Shown: positions 11,686 to 24,550 of the stretch, one piece after another
Layout of the letters: the number at the start of each line of letters is the position of its first letter
Numbering within the stretch: position 1 is the first letter of the stretch
Assembly: GCA_030704615.1 (NCBI GenBank)
Contig: CM060733.1
Coordinates: forward strand, 56,234,001-56,298,000
Source: Takakia lepidozioides
Taxonomy: Eukaryota; Plantae; Bryophyta
Reading direction: 5' to 3'
Length of the DNA: 64,000 nt
Program-made: the position numbers and the translations under genes
Notes under the pieces: generated by a model
The model's input: only the letters and a program-made list of their open reading frames with translations
What the model was told of the DNA's origin: nothing
Database searches by the model: none

Positions 11686-13301
11686 TCATTTATTTTATAG
11701 TCCAAGATTTATTGTTTTGCTGGTAGGAGTAGTTGATCGTCATGAGGAGCTTGGTCAGCAATCAGTTGGAGATTGTTGAGGAATGCTCCTTATGAAGGAA
11801 AAAGCATCATGCATGAGCGCAGTGGTGGCTGTACTCGGTTATGAATGATCTGAGGTCCAACGTCTTTCGTGAATGTTGAAGTCATTAGCTTTAGCATCGC
11901 CTACATCATGTGCAACATACTTTCCATGATTTGTAGACTTCCTTGTTCGATAAACATCGACTCGAAGCGACGTTGTAGAAGCACTACGACTTGCAAAAAA
12001 AGAGAACTAATCACGTTCTTCTTTTAGATGCCTCTGCACAATCACGCACACTCATCCAGAAGTGGAAAGAAAATGCATTGTAGGCATCTTAGTTGAGGAT
12101 GTCTGTAAAGCATATTGCCACATCACAGTCCACACCAAGATGTCTTGCATATGAATATACAGATTTGGACTCTTCCAGTGATACAAATGTGGTTTGTATT
12201 TGGCTTGCAAAGTTGATAACAATGGTGTGCACAACTGCAATGTTTATTTTTTATTGAGGGACTGATTCCCTGTGCAGAATGGGGAGTTGCAAGGAAACGA
12301 GGAGGCCCAATGGGCTGGCCGGGATAGGGATGAGGAAATTTGCTACATCTATGTACACCTCAGGGTGTCTTTGGGGCGTAGTACAACAAGAAGAGAAACA
12401 AAGATTGTCTAGGCCAAAAACTGCAATCCTTAGAATAAAGAGAGAGGACGCATGACTCAGGGCTATAAACCCTGTCCCCAGTGTTGGTGGAACAAGAGGG
12501 GACATACGGGACCTTAGTGAGGGGCTTTATCTTCAATAGTTCCTTTCACCACCCTCTCAACGTACATCCTTTTTAACGGTGGATCTCAACAAGGCACCTT
12601 CCAGAAATATAATTTGCACTGGAAGTAAACGTATACTTGCAACTTTCAATGAAAGCTCTGCCAAATCTTTGGAGGTTGTGTAATGTCACAGTGAGTGATT
12701 GATTAAGCCTGTCGGTTCAATCTTTCCATTGGTCTGCAGCTGCACCAGAGCATGTATTTGCATGTAGAGAAGTTTTAACCACCTTCAATATGACTTACAC
12801 TGCTTCCATGAGCTCATGGACACCAGACCCCTCCAAGTTGTGCAAAACTTACACTGAACTCAAAGGTGCTGGCATTGCACCATAACGAGGTCCATGCACT
12901 TCAACACAAGTTCTGAAGACTACAAAACAACTTCAAATCAACCCTTGTGGTAGGAGATTGGTGTTAAGTACATTGCAACCTAACAAACATGCACTGTAAT
13001 CACAAAAAACCACAGGTGTATACAATCTACCTGAATATGTCGCTTTTATGATGATACACTGCGAGGGGGTAAATTCCCAAACATGGTATATATAATTAAA
13101 ACAGTAGCGTTCATGAATACTAAAACTTCATCACATTGACCACAACTACCCGACATCTTTCACAGAAGGCCCAGATTAGCTTACAACACATAAGCCCCGA
13201 GTAAAAGAATGATCCAACATACTAGTACCTTCTATGTTCTCTTTGTGATGCTCCCTGCATTTTTACAAGACATAAACACTGCTTACCTATCAAAGGTGGA
13301 T

Positions 13302-14435
13302 CTAATCAATGGGTTCAATAAGATCATTTGAATCCTCAATATATGAATCCACCACCTGCTCTCCTGCGCCCTCATTGATTCGATCACTTATAACCTTCAG
13401 AATTGGTTTCCTCGTCAGGCTCTCATCCTTGTTATGCCTAAGATACTCATTGGCTTCCTCAGCAATTTCTAGTACAAGCCCAAACTTACTATTAGACTGC
13501 TCCAGTAAAATCTCAGCATCCACCAGGATCTGCTTGTTTGCCTCTAACCAAATTCGCTCTTGTGTTTCCAGGAAGGGAAACATCTGTTCGTTCTCCTCTA
13601 ATTCAGATCTCGCATATATATATATATATATATATAAGGAAACCTGACAGCCCACAATTTCGGTCCTTGAGCGGGGATTTTTTTTTTTTTTTTTTTTTCC
13701 CCTAAGAAACCTTGGAGCAACAGCCCACAATTCAGGCCCTTGAGGAGGGGGAAAGATTAACCCCCTTTCATTTATGGGCCATGAGACCGACAGGACGATC
13801 AACGCCCAGACATACCCTCACGAACAATCCCACACACGGGGGCAGGGTAGCGGGTTCGAACCCCGAACCACCAGAGCGACACACACACTGCACTTACCAG
13901 CTGAGCTATCAGCCGCTGTGTTTTTTTTTTAATCTCCAAACCTCCTCCATCTTGCATTGGAAATTAACACCAAAACATTATGCAATATCTTATCAATTTT
14001 CTCTTAGATTGTTTTTTTTGTGTTTTGTACATATTGAAGAACCTCCTTCCCTGATCACAACAAGAGAAGCAAATGTGCTATACAAATAAATTGGTTGTCA
14101 AAGTACCATTGAGTCTCACTCTCTCTCTCTCTCTCTCTCTTGTGTCACACACACACCGTACACTCATATTTAAAGAAGAAGGAAAGAAGACCCAACTATT
14201 CGAGGGAGGTTGTCAGGTCTAATATTCTACAGCATTCAAGGGCTCACATTTTCTCAAAACCCCAACACTTCCAGTGATGTCGTTTTATACTCACCGATTG
14301 CCGACCCCTTCTTTTGCTGCCAATTCCTCCTCCACTTTTACATTCGATCCTCATTAGACCTCCAGCTCCAAAGCAATTGGAGGAGAGTAGGACCCTTGAA
14401 CCAGTGCCTTTTGAAGCATGGGCAGGTGCCTCCAT
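13302..14435 (-). pseudogene. pTAC7/PAP12-like plastid RNA polymerase-associated protein gene, last exon interrupted by a SINE
   Basis: FPFLETQER...ILVDAEILLEQSNSKFGLVLEIAEEANEYLRHNKDE...KPILKVISDRINE aligns by eye with pTAC7 (IPFLEEQVR..LTMDIERLL..NRFEFVNEVAAEAxEYV..NRDE..KAIxHVLSNRxND). A transit-peptide-like exon runs 14435-14295 and ends in GTGAGT. The middle exon structure is uncertain. Confidence 0.55.
13612..13931 (-). mobile_element. tRNA-derived SINE
   Basis: On the minus strand: A box TAGCTCAGCTGG (13908-13897), B box GGTTCGAACCC (13862-13852), unrelated body, A-tail (about 13698-13678), then a second short 3' end and (TA)n. Flanked by the direct repeat ATCTC (13607-13611 and 13932-13936). 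Confidence 0.85.
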
Positions 14436-17300
14436 CGCATTGTTGAAAGAAGGACAGCAGAGCTCCAATTCGCATAGATGCCATTGCTCGTCACCTACCC
14501 ACAAAAGAAAAGATGAGATCGAAAACTAAAACCCTGAGCCCTAATGCTTGACCTGTTACTACCGGTAACGGAAGCAAATCCAGACGGTCCAGATTGAACT
14601 GGCTTTCATCATAGTGCGGTCCACGAAACAAGCGTTCCTTTCCCTCTCTCAAGAACAGGTGAAGCTCTGCCTCAGCCGTAGGGGTTCTAAGCACGATGGT
14701 GGAGAACGATATTGTCTACCACTTCCACCTCCTATTCCTGCCATCCAAGCTACCCTAGCATATATCAACGCCTCTGTTTTTACAAATAATTGGGACGTTA
14801 TGGCGCACGCGCGAGCTGACCGGTGGGCCCCGCGCACGGACTCCCGGCTCCCCCCACCCGGACCCCCGCCCCCGCTGCGCGCGGTCGCCCACCTGCTGCC
14901 GCGGCCCCACCAACCGCGCCCGCGGCAGCCCCGCCGCGCCCAGTCTGCTGCCCGTGAGTCCAGTTCCCCTCAGTCCACCAAACCGCCAGTTTGCCGGCCA
15001 GTCTGCTGTGCACGCCAGTCCGCTGTGCCAGTCCCCGCAAGTCCACCCAACAGTCCGTTGTGCCCGTCTGCTGCCCCCCAGTCTGCCAATCCGCGCTGGC
15101 CGAAGGATCAGGATCGTCCATTCTGATAAACCCATCCACGCCATCCATGTTTAGGGCATGGAAGATCGTAACACCCTGCCACGAACTCGCCCACTTGTTC
15201 TTGTTGTCTCGTTCTTGCGGCTCTTTGTTGTCCAATGTTACGGAGGTGACTTTGCATGCATACAACTGTTCTTCTTGTTTATGGCGATTTTAATGACGAT
15301 GAAGGGTGTGCCTGAACATGAGAGGGCTGGCGGGGCTCTACAGCCACCATCGTGCATATGCTTCCACTATTTTCGCCTTCGTTTTGTGCTGACGTGCTTA
15401 TTTTTTAGGACGATATGTGGAAAAATTGCATGCGTTTACGGTTTGTGGTGTGTGTCCGAGTCCGAGCTCCTTCGTATGGATTAGGAAACCATTGGTAACA
15501 CAATAGCGGAAATCGCGGAAGCATATGCACGTGGGGGCGTGTATACATTGCAGAATTTATGTCCACCGATGAGACTGTTCAGGGGAGGACGTCTCTGCCA
15601 CCACATGTCTGGGAACTGTGGAGAGTGTGAACGGAAGAGGATCCAGTCCGAAGGTCCTCAAACATCCAGATGCACCTCCTGAAACATCACATCTCAACCA
15701 CTACCGTCTCCTTGAAAACTGGACAATGGGAAAGGAGACGTAGCCTGAGAGATGTGGATTCACGTTGCTTGTGGATGTTCGAGGTCCTTACGACTGTAAA
15801 TGCGCGTGGATCAACAGGCTCTTCGATTGCGTCTTTGTCAGTACTTTCTCTAAGCAGTGTGTTGTGTCGTGAGTATGGGCATATGCAAGTCTGCTGGACG
15901 GATGAAATGCAACCACGACATGACGACGACGCCAAGCGTGGTTCTGATGGGATATCAGTCTGGTCTGCTGGACTGTTGGTCTGTAAGGATACAAGTCTGG
16001 TGTGGCGCGAGTCTGTTCTTCACTGGACTACTGGGCCGTCACTGCCTACCAAATTCCGAAGTGTCTTCTCTCGTCTTATCCCCGAAGTATCTTCTATCGT
16101 CAGTCTGTTGAACCGTTGGTCAGCTGGAAGTCCGTCGATATGAGTCCGTTTAACTACTACCTTTTAATTATCCGCATTGCCGTGAGTCTACTGAGCCGTC
16201 GAACTGCTGGTTTGTCCATCTCTTCTGATATCAGTCAGCTGGACTGTCACAAAGTCAGTCTACTGTGGCGCAAGTCTGTTTGCGCTGGGTCTGTTGAGCC
16301 GTCATTATTATCACATCACGTGTAAGTCTGCTGGACCTATTAATGCAACGACGGCGGAAAGGGGCGCCAGTGATCTCGCGCCGCGTCCGAACTCGGACAG
16401 AAAGTGCGGTTTACGGTTTACTCCCTTATCACCCGGCCGCCTAGGGGATACTTTGTCTTTTGGGATATTAGTCTGTTAGAAATCAGTCTGTTGTCACGCA
16501 AATTACTCTACGCTAGTCTCTTCGTCAGTCTGTTGAACCTTCCGTCTGCTGGACTATCCGTGCAGTGGCATACGAGTCTGTTGTTGCGCAAGTTTGTTTG
16601 CAGTGGGTGTGTTCGGCCGTTATGTCATTAGGTTTAAGTCTGCTAGACGTAATAAATGCAGCGACGGCGGTAAGGAGGCCCAGTCACGTCGCGGCACGTC
16701 ATCAGACTCCGCATCAAACTCCGCACTCGCCTTAGTCTCTTCGTCAGTCTGTCCTTGCGGTGGCATATGAGTCTGTTGTCGAGGGTACTGGTTCTGCTCG
16801 GCCGTCTTTGTCATCAGGAGTAAGTCTGCTGGACTTAATGAATGCGACGACGGCAGACTGACGATAGTCCCACTCATCCCGTCTGCTGGACTGTCCGTGC
16901 AGTGGCATACCGCCAGCACGTGTGAGGGGTTTGCAACTATTTAATGCGATGGCGGCCAAAAAGGGGCGCAAGTGAAATCTCGCCACGTCACTCCGCACAT
17001 GCAGGGTTATACCTTTTCTCCACTTCCCGCTGGACTTCTTTCGTACTGTTTCGTTTAGGGCCCGTTCACCTCCCATTTGTGCGAGCCCGCTTTCCTTTAT
17101 TCGTGTTAGCTTTTCGAGGCGCGGACAGTCGCGTGACCACCGAATCGTCGCAACAACCGTCGCCTGTTGCCCGGTGAGCTTTCCTCTTTGTGCTTTGTGC
17201 TTTGGTTTCTTTCCATTCTCTTTTCCGCTCTTCTCTGCTTTCTTATTCTTAGTCTGTCTGTCGCTCATTGCCGCTGCATCTCTTGTCTGATTCTGCAGCC

Positions 17301-20300
17301 ATGGAGGATGCTTGTGCAAAGGGTGGAGCAGACGGGTTGCATTTCATGCACAAGTCCAAGCTAAAGGAGCGAAGGTACTGGTACTCACCTGAGGAGTATG
17401 ATGCAAAAATAGTCGAAGCATTCTTAGACCTCCGCGCAATCAAGCCTGCAGACTCCAACTGGCAGAAGGATAAGCTCCACTGTCCCTTCTGTAGTGAAAT
17501 TATCAAGGACAAAGTGCAGCTAAACCGCCATTGTGTTGACACGGGTTGCAAAAACAAGTGCTATATCCCACCTGGCTTCAAGCCGTGGCCAGTTCAAAGT
17601 TCAATGAGGATGGTGAATGCGGCCACCGCCAGACTCCGTGGCGCAAACCCAAAGGCCCGCACTTTGGCGGAGGTGCGCGCACGGTATGGGGTGGGTTCGG
17701 ATGTTTCAATGCAAGATGTGCATGACCTGACATCGCCATCGCCTGTGGCTCCCAGAAAAAGGAAACTTAGTGATGGGGCCCAGAAGAAGGAAAGAGAAAA
17801 GGCTGTAAGGTCTGCTCGGGAGGCGAGGGCAAAATCTCAACAGCAAACTCGTCCCCAAGGCAGTCGGGAAGTGTCACGGGCTGTGCCAGGGAGACGGTCT
17901 ATGCAGCAGACGCAAACCATCAGTACTTCAAGTGAGAGCCAGTCTGCTGAGCCGTCTGTAGACATCATTCGGAATGATGAATTCGCAGGTCTGGGAGGTG
18001 TCTTATCTCCCGTCGACATTGTCTTGCCTGACCAGTCGAGGGTTCACGTGGATGAAGTCCAGTCGAAAGAGACTACCAGTGGAGTCTGTCTTGGCACATT
18101 GCGCCTCATATCATTTGGGCTTCTCCCATCGGTGTGACCACCAGTAGACGATCCAGACTTCTTCCGTTTTTTCTACAGTTTCGCCCAGTCCGGACAGCTC
18201 AGCAAAACCATCCGAGCAACGGAGGAAAATTGGTTGAGCTCCCTTGAAGATGAGGAGGACGTATGTGTCGACGACGACAACGAGGTAATGCCCAGTCTGT
18301 CCCCACAGTTGGTAGTCTGTTGCGTCAGTCTGCTGCGTCCCCTCTTGCAGTCCACTGTGCTCAGGTGTCTCTTGTCATAGAGTCTGCTGGTTCAGTCTAC
18401 TATACGTGCGCAGGTGTCTTTTGTCGTTGAGTCTATTGGAGTCCGCTGGTTCCTTTGTTCTGTGCCACGATGCTTGTGAGTCTGCTCATGAGTCCACTGG
18501 AGTCCACTGGAGTCCACTGGTCTGTGCCACGATGCTCGTGAGTCTGCTCGTGAGTCTACCTGCTCGGTCTGTTGCGTCAGTCTGCTTGTGGACTTGCTCG
18601 TCAGTCCCTGGAGTCTACTGGTTCCTTTGTTCTGTGCCACGATGCTGGTGAGTCTGCTCGTGAGTCTGCTGCTAGTGAGTCCGATGCTGATTTTTTGGGT
18701 TTTCTGTCATATACCAGGATGAACGAGCCAATATTCGGGAGGCCTTGTGTGCTTGGCGGACAGTGAGCTCCGACCCTCATTTAGCAGTGAATGCGGTGCG
18801 CCGGGAAGTCGAGCGGGTGCGGGAGTACATCTTGTTAAGTACCCTGGCTCAGCAGACGCCATAGCAGCACTAGACTCTACAGACAAAGCACGCGCCAACT
18901 CCCTGGTCAACACCATACTCACTGCAGACTCGGTGGACACAGACCTCACCCAATCTGGTATCCAGCAGACTCGCCCAGCAGACTCTTTCTTAGCAGACTT
19001 TTTCCTAGCAGACTCTTTCCCAGCAGACCCACAGTCAGCACAGTCTTGTCCAGCACACTCCCATGTACCAGACTCTCGTCCAGCATACTCCCATCCAGCA
19101 GACTGCCACCCAGAAGATGCCCATCCACCACATTGCTGTCCAGCGGACTCCCAGCCAGCAGACTCTCATTGTCACGACCACCATGGGACTTTTTGGAGTT
19201 TGGCGCTCGCCATTGCCGCTCATTGATCCCGAAGCTGTGGACCTGACACTTGCTCGTCTGAGGGTGGGGGAAGTCAATGCCAATGTGGATTGGTATAATG
19301 AGCTCCATCGCATTGTCACGGACGGCCGGTGGCCTTTTGTTCCCTTTCATTATTCCATGGAATTTACTATGGCAGAAGCGAATGAAGTCCTCGAAAGCGC
19401 ACATTCTGTTGCCCTGGCAGCCACGAAGGTCCAAAATGCCCCGCCACTGCTTGTCCAATTAATCCTCATGGATGACCCACGGCCTCAGGAACTCAGACAT
19501 ATGCCCATGGCACATCCTACTTTTGGGGTGCGGGGAAATCACTTGCTTGGAATTACTGAAGAGTACTTTGATAGCATTGCTAATTCTTTCCTTCACCATC
19601 GATGGATGCAGTTCGGCAATTTCCGTTCATACAGTAAATTGGTAAAGGACCTGCAAAGTTTGAGGAAGTATTTGTTTCATTCAGATTCGGATGAGGGTAA
19701 GAAGAGTGTTGTGGATGAGGCGTTGCAATGGTTTGTTGCGGTAATGGAGCGGGCAGTGTTCAATATTGTGTTGAATAGACCGGATGTCTTCAAAGTCCTT
19801 TGGTGCGGCTCACCATTTGAAAACCGCATGCCAGCGATTCGCCATCTCGATGGAGCATGCTTGGGACGCCAAATCCAAGATATTGGTCTCATTGGCAACC
19901 TCCTAGAAGGTAATGTCGACTTCTTCTGGACCGTTGTGAAGTTCATGGTCTTTGCTTCCACCATCCTGTCAGACTCACTTTGTCCAACTCATTTGTTTCA
20001 AGAATGTCCGATTTAGACGAGCACGTGCAGTGTGCTTTCGATTCCCTTGCCAGAGGTGCACGAGATGTTGTGCTGGCGTTACAGGGACTCCATGACACCG
20101 TTCAGCAGACTGCTGACGACACCATTGCTCAGCAAACTGACCCACTACAATAAAAAGAGCGTGGACAGACTGTCAACACTATCCCAGCCACTGTTCAGGA
20201 AAGTGGGCGCACTACAGGCCACACCGAGGACGAGGAGACTCATGAGCAGACCGGCGAGCAGACTGAAGGACTGCCTCTGCACCAGACCGTGCAGCATACC

Positions 20301-20947
20301 GATGACGTCGTTGTCAAGCAGACGTCCAGCATACCAATGAGCAGATCAGGCTGCAGACGGATGACCTGGCTGTGCACCAGCAGACTGTGCAGCATACCAT
20401 TGAGCAGACCGTCCAGCAGACTGAAAGCAGTCACCACAATGACAGTGCCCTGCAGACTGTCCAGCAGATTCACGACCACACTGACTCGGAGGACCCAACT
20501 ATACTTCCTGTCCACCAGTCCGGATCCTGGCTCGTTGAACAGAGTCAGCTGCACTGGCCTCAACGGGACCCTGTCTCTGAATTTCTGCGGAGTTCTATCA
20601 GTGCATTGACGGAGTTTTCTTTTCCCGCCGGACCATCTTCACATATTGGCGCATCGTTTGAGGATATAAGTCGGGCACCTGTAAACCATTCTTCTCCAGT
20701 GGCCCATGGCCTGCCATCTATTTCCATTCAACTCAGCCCGGTTTTGGTTCGTTCGCTTGCAAAAGCTCTAAATGATTCTTACATGACCGACCGCAATATG
20801 GGAACTCAACCCCGTATCATTGACCTTACTGAAGAACTAGACGATGTAGTTGCCGCGGATAATTTAGATGTCGGCGGTAGTCAAGCTTTTTTTGCATCAG
20901 TGTGCTGCAGGTGTTGGGGCACCAACCCTCTTCCCTATTTTGCATAA
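17301..20947 (+). pseudogene. MULE accessory gene, multi-exon, with an N-terminal C2HC-type zinc finger, basic NLS-like stretch and QQT-rich linkers; has premature stops and frameshifts
   Basis: Acceptor plus ATG (ctgcag|ccATG at 17301); HCPFCSEIIKDKVQLNRHC; PRKRKLS; exons at about 18179-18283 and from 18718; globular ORF 19063-20016; ORF 20372-20947; in-frame TAG/TAA stops in Gln-rich stretches. Confidence 0.55.
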
Positions 20948-23900
20948 GACCCTGGGTCGCGTTTTCCATGCCTCAACGAAATCCCATTTCCTTTTCAGCG
21001 ACATATTGTTGTTGTCATTTACAGGACGGAAGCTCTTTGTTGCCGCAGGGTGCAACATTCCTGCAACACTCTTGGCGAGAATATCAACAAGCTGCCCCCT
21101 ACAGATACGAAGAGAAGACAACACATGTTTCTGCAGGTATTTGTCGTCCCCAACAATGCGAAATATGTCTGCAAATTCTTCATCCATGGAGGATGGTACG
21201 AGGACAGGCTCCGCATCATAGGGGAAGTCATCTATGGAAGGGCCCTCTGTTGCATTTCCCAAACCCTCTTCGTCGCCGACACTTGCATGAACCCTAAACA
21301 CATTATGCAATCCTCCATGAATGGTTCCCAGCGTCGTGCCACAAGCGCGCACTATGAGTCCATCCTGCAAGTGTGGATGAAGCTACTTCAGGACTCGGAC
21401 TTGATGCTTGCACAAATTGCCCTTCATTGCCCATGGGCAAGTGCAAGAAGCCCATTTGCATCCGGGGTTGTAAACAATGTAAATTGTGTTTGGGTGATTG
21501 GTGCTTTAGAACATAGGCTGGTTGCCCAGGATGGAACTGAAGAGTGACATTGCAAGCTGGGATATCGCGTGTCGCAAGCACAGAACTGGACATGTACTTC
21601 TCCTGTTTGTCATTCCTTATGAATCCGTGCGTCTTCAGGTGAATTGCATACCTGTAGTGTGTTAGCAACGGCCTGTGAGTTCCCATATGAGCCAATCCAC
21701 TCTACGCCCAGTCATTTTTCCTTTCCCCATCCTTAGTCTTGCCTTCAAGTTTCCATGGTATGCCTCAATGCTAGCATTGGTGTCTTGACTGGCATGCGGA
21801 ACATGGCGAGCTGTTGTACACCACATTGTTATTTTAGGACACCATTCCTTATCGATGTAGTCCAGAAATTCATGCCCATTCGGATATTTCTTTCTCATGC
21901 GTTGGAGCATTGTTGCTACCCATGCAAGACCTTCTTTGGGATTGATTGGTCCACCTCTACAGTACATGAGGTCTCCCATATCTTTCAGCAAGTTTGCGGT
22001 AGTGATAGGATCTTTGGTTTTCGCGCATGATTGCTTCATCCATGCCCGCCGGACATGCCAAAGGCAAAGAAAAATGAGCACTCCTCGAAAAACAGCCCTG
22101 CAAAGTACACATGCCCACATGAGAGACTTCAAAGAGGACTTCGTCGGTGGACTTGGGCACTAACCCAGTAAACTGTCTAGTTGACTGGTCTGCCCGTCTG
22201 TTCCAAACGGATTCAGGCAGCAAACTCGCCCACTCTGACCTGCCATGAGTGTTGCCCTCACGACACCGGACTCGCCTGCGAGCGGACTTGCTCGACCAGA
22301 CTGAGGTCGCAGCAGACTCGCGCACGTGTGTCTTGCAGCGGACTGCTTGCGAACAGTCCCCTCCGGCAGACTCGCCTGCGAGCGGACTTGCTCGACCAGA
22401 TTGAGGTCGCAGCAGACTCGCGCACGTGTGTCTTGCAGCGGACTGCTTGCGAACAGTCCCCTCCGACGGACTCACCTGCGAGCGGATTTGCTCGACCAGA
22501 CTCAGGTTGCAGCAGACTCGCAAACGTGTGTCTTCAGCAGACTGCTTGCGAACAATCCCCTCCGGCGGACTTGCTCGACCAGAGTGAGGTTGCAGCAGAC
22601 TCGCGCACGTGTGTCTTGCAGCGGACTGCTTGCGAACAGTCCCCTCCGGCGGACCCGCCTGCCAGCGGACTTGCTCGACCAGACTGAGGTCGCAGCAGAC
22701 TCGCGCACGTGTGTCTTGCAGCGGACTGCTTGCGAACAGTCCCCTCCGGCGGACCCGCCTGCCAGCGGACTTGCTCGACCAGACTGAGGTCACAGCAGAC
22801 TCGCGCACGTGTGTCTTGCAGCGGACTGCTTGCAAACAGTCCCCTCCGACGGACCCGCCTACGAGCGGACTTGCTCGACCAGACTGAGGTCGCAGCAGAC
22901 TCGCGCACGTGTGTCTTGTAGCGGACTACTTGCGAACAGTCCCCTCCGGCGGACCTGCCTGCCAGCGGACTTGCTGGACCAGACTGAGGTCGCAGCAGAC
23001 TGGCGCACATGAGTCTTGCAGCGGACTGCTTACGAACAGTCCCCTCCGGCGGACTGGCCTGCCAGCGGACTTGCCCTTAGGAGACCGGCAGCAGACTTAC
23101 CCAAACGTTGCTGGCAGCACACCCGAGCAGACTGACCTTGCAGCATACTTGCGCAAGTGAGTCTTCCAGCGGACTTCGCTAGAGGACATTATCACCGGAC
23201 TGGTTTGCCAGCAGACTTGCAGAAATGACTGGCCTAGACTTGCAGCCATGACTGCGTTGTATGGCAGGGGACTTGCCAAAGAGACAGACAATGGACGCAG
23301 ACGACGGACTTGCACGCGAGTGTACAGGAGGGTACGTGAAACTTACGTAATGGCGTTTATTTCGGCGTCGGCATCGTCCACAATGAAGGCATTGGGTCGC
23401 CAGTCCGGCATTTCTGCGAGGAGAGAGTCCCGCAAGGCTGCCATCCACGGCACCAGGTCTGTTGTCCACTCATGCGCGCATATGATGTACGCAACTGGTA
23501 TACCATTAAGCCACTCGTCAAAGACCATCAACGTGTACAATGGGAACTGTTCAAATGCAGAATGTCAGATGCTGCCAGTGTGCGTACATCCACTACTTCT
23601 GCAAGTGGATAAATTGTGAAAGGGATGAAGAGTACCTTGTGGTGATTTGTCCCGAAGGTTGCATCGCATGCAACGATACGGGCATGGCCTAATTGAAGCA
23701 TTCGCTTCTTCTGCCACTCAGTCTGTATGCCGATTGTGAATGTTAAGTCGCCATCGTAGTGCTTGAATGTTGGCGCCAATTTCTCCTCTTGATAGAAGAA
23801 GACCGATTTCGGGTTCTGGTCTTTCCACATGCAGACACTCTCTGCATCGTTGGCATGTTTTTTGAACGTTTGCCACGCCCGTTTCTCGGCCAGGTTGCGC

Positions 23901-24371
23901 ACATCCTGCTCCAGCAAAAAATCGTCTCGTGTCCATGCATCCCCCAACCCGGTGTTGTTCATGACGTGCTCTTTATGTTCCATCATGATTTGGGCGACTG
24001 ACAGGCCTCGGCACAGACACTCCATGACACATGCTTTCAATTCCTCGCTAATGTGTGGTGCATAGGCGTGGCGAGTGTTCCTGAACTCAACGGACTTCCC
24101 ATGACAGGCATTCCCTTTCGCGTCTGTATGCTCCATATTGTTGTAGTACGTGAGGACACAAATGTCGGGGGCGAGATAGCATTGCTGGACCCTGAAACAG
24201 CACTGGCAACCACGCTTGTAAGACTCTCCATATTCGGACCTCTTTCTCCTTGGGCCTTTATGAGGGTGAGATGTTCCAGCACCCACAAGAGGTCCTCCAC
24301 GTTTCAGTTTGGGATCCTCCACTATCGCATTGTTGGTGTGCTTGTCATCTGGACCATAGCAGCATTGATAC
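20897..24371 (-). pseudogene. MULE DDE transposase with SWIM zinc finger; exons 24371-23636, 23546-23347, 22097-20897 (frameshifts near 21670 and 21500, stop near 21385)
   Basis: KRGCQC..F..H N-terminal finger, ACDATFGTN (D1), FIVDD (D2), LCLWHVRRAW (CxxH), TNASIEAYH (E), RRVDWL, SWIM CTCPWAMKGNLCKH. The GT-AG introns are in compatible phase. Confidence 0.88.
22268..23072. repeat. 100-bp tandem array (about 8 units) inside transposase intron 22098-23346
   Basis: Unit gcggacttgctcgaccagactgaggtcgcagcagactcgcgcacgtgtgtcttgcagcggactgcttgcgaacagtcccctccggcggacccgcctgcca repeats at a 100-bp period, with one shortened unit. Confidence 0.95.
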
Positions 24372-24550
24372 CTGGACATAAAAATCACAATGGATATCCT
24401 TATCACCAGTCTCCCAGCCTCCCAGCCCCCCTTTCTTATTGCAGAAAGAAACTATCTAGGTCAGACCGTGACTAAGAGGTCCCCCGCAACCCACAAAGGG
24501 CTTGCATGAAGAGGACCTCTGTGTCGAGAAGAAGACAAACGCATTAGTGT

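Larger units (their letters stand above)
14792..24430 (-). mobile_element. Decayed Mutator-like (MULE) DNA transposon with a convergent accessory gene; boundaries approximate, right end probably truncated
   Basis: Contains the MULE transposase and accessory gene listed below, unified by a dense AGTCTGCTG/CAGCAGACT motif from about 14940 to 23250. The left terminus is GC-rich. No matching TIR found. Confidence 0.65.

Noticed and set aside
13845-13917. tRNA gene
   Set aside because: A and B boxes are present but there is no proper acceptor or anticodon stem; it is followed by a SINE body, A-tail and TSD.
22268-23072. Possible CRISPR-like array
   Set aside because: Units are contiguous and near-identical with no unique spacers, no cas genes are present, and the context is a eukaryotic intron.
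21957-23160. Repetitive ORFs on both strands (up to 292 aa)
   Set aside because: Artefacts of a stop-poor GC-rich 100-bp repeat inside an intron.
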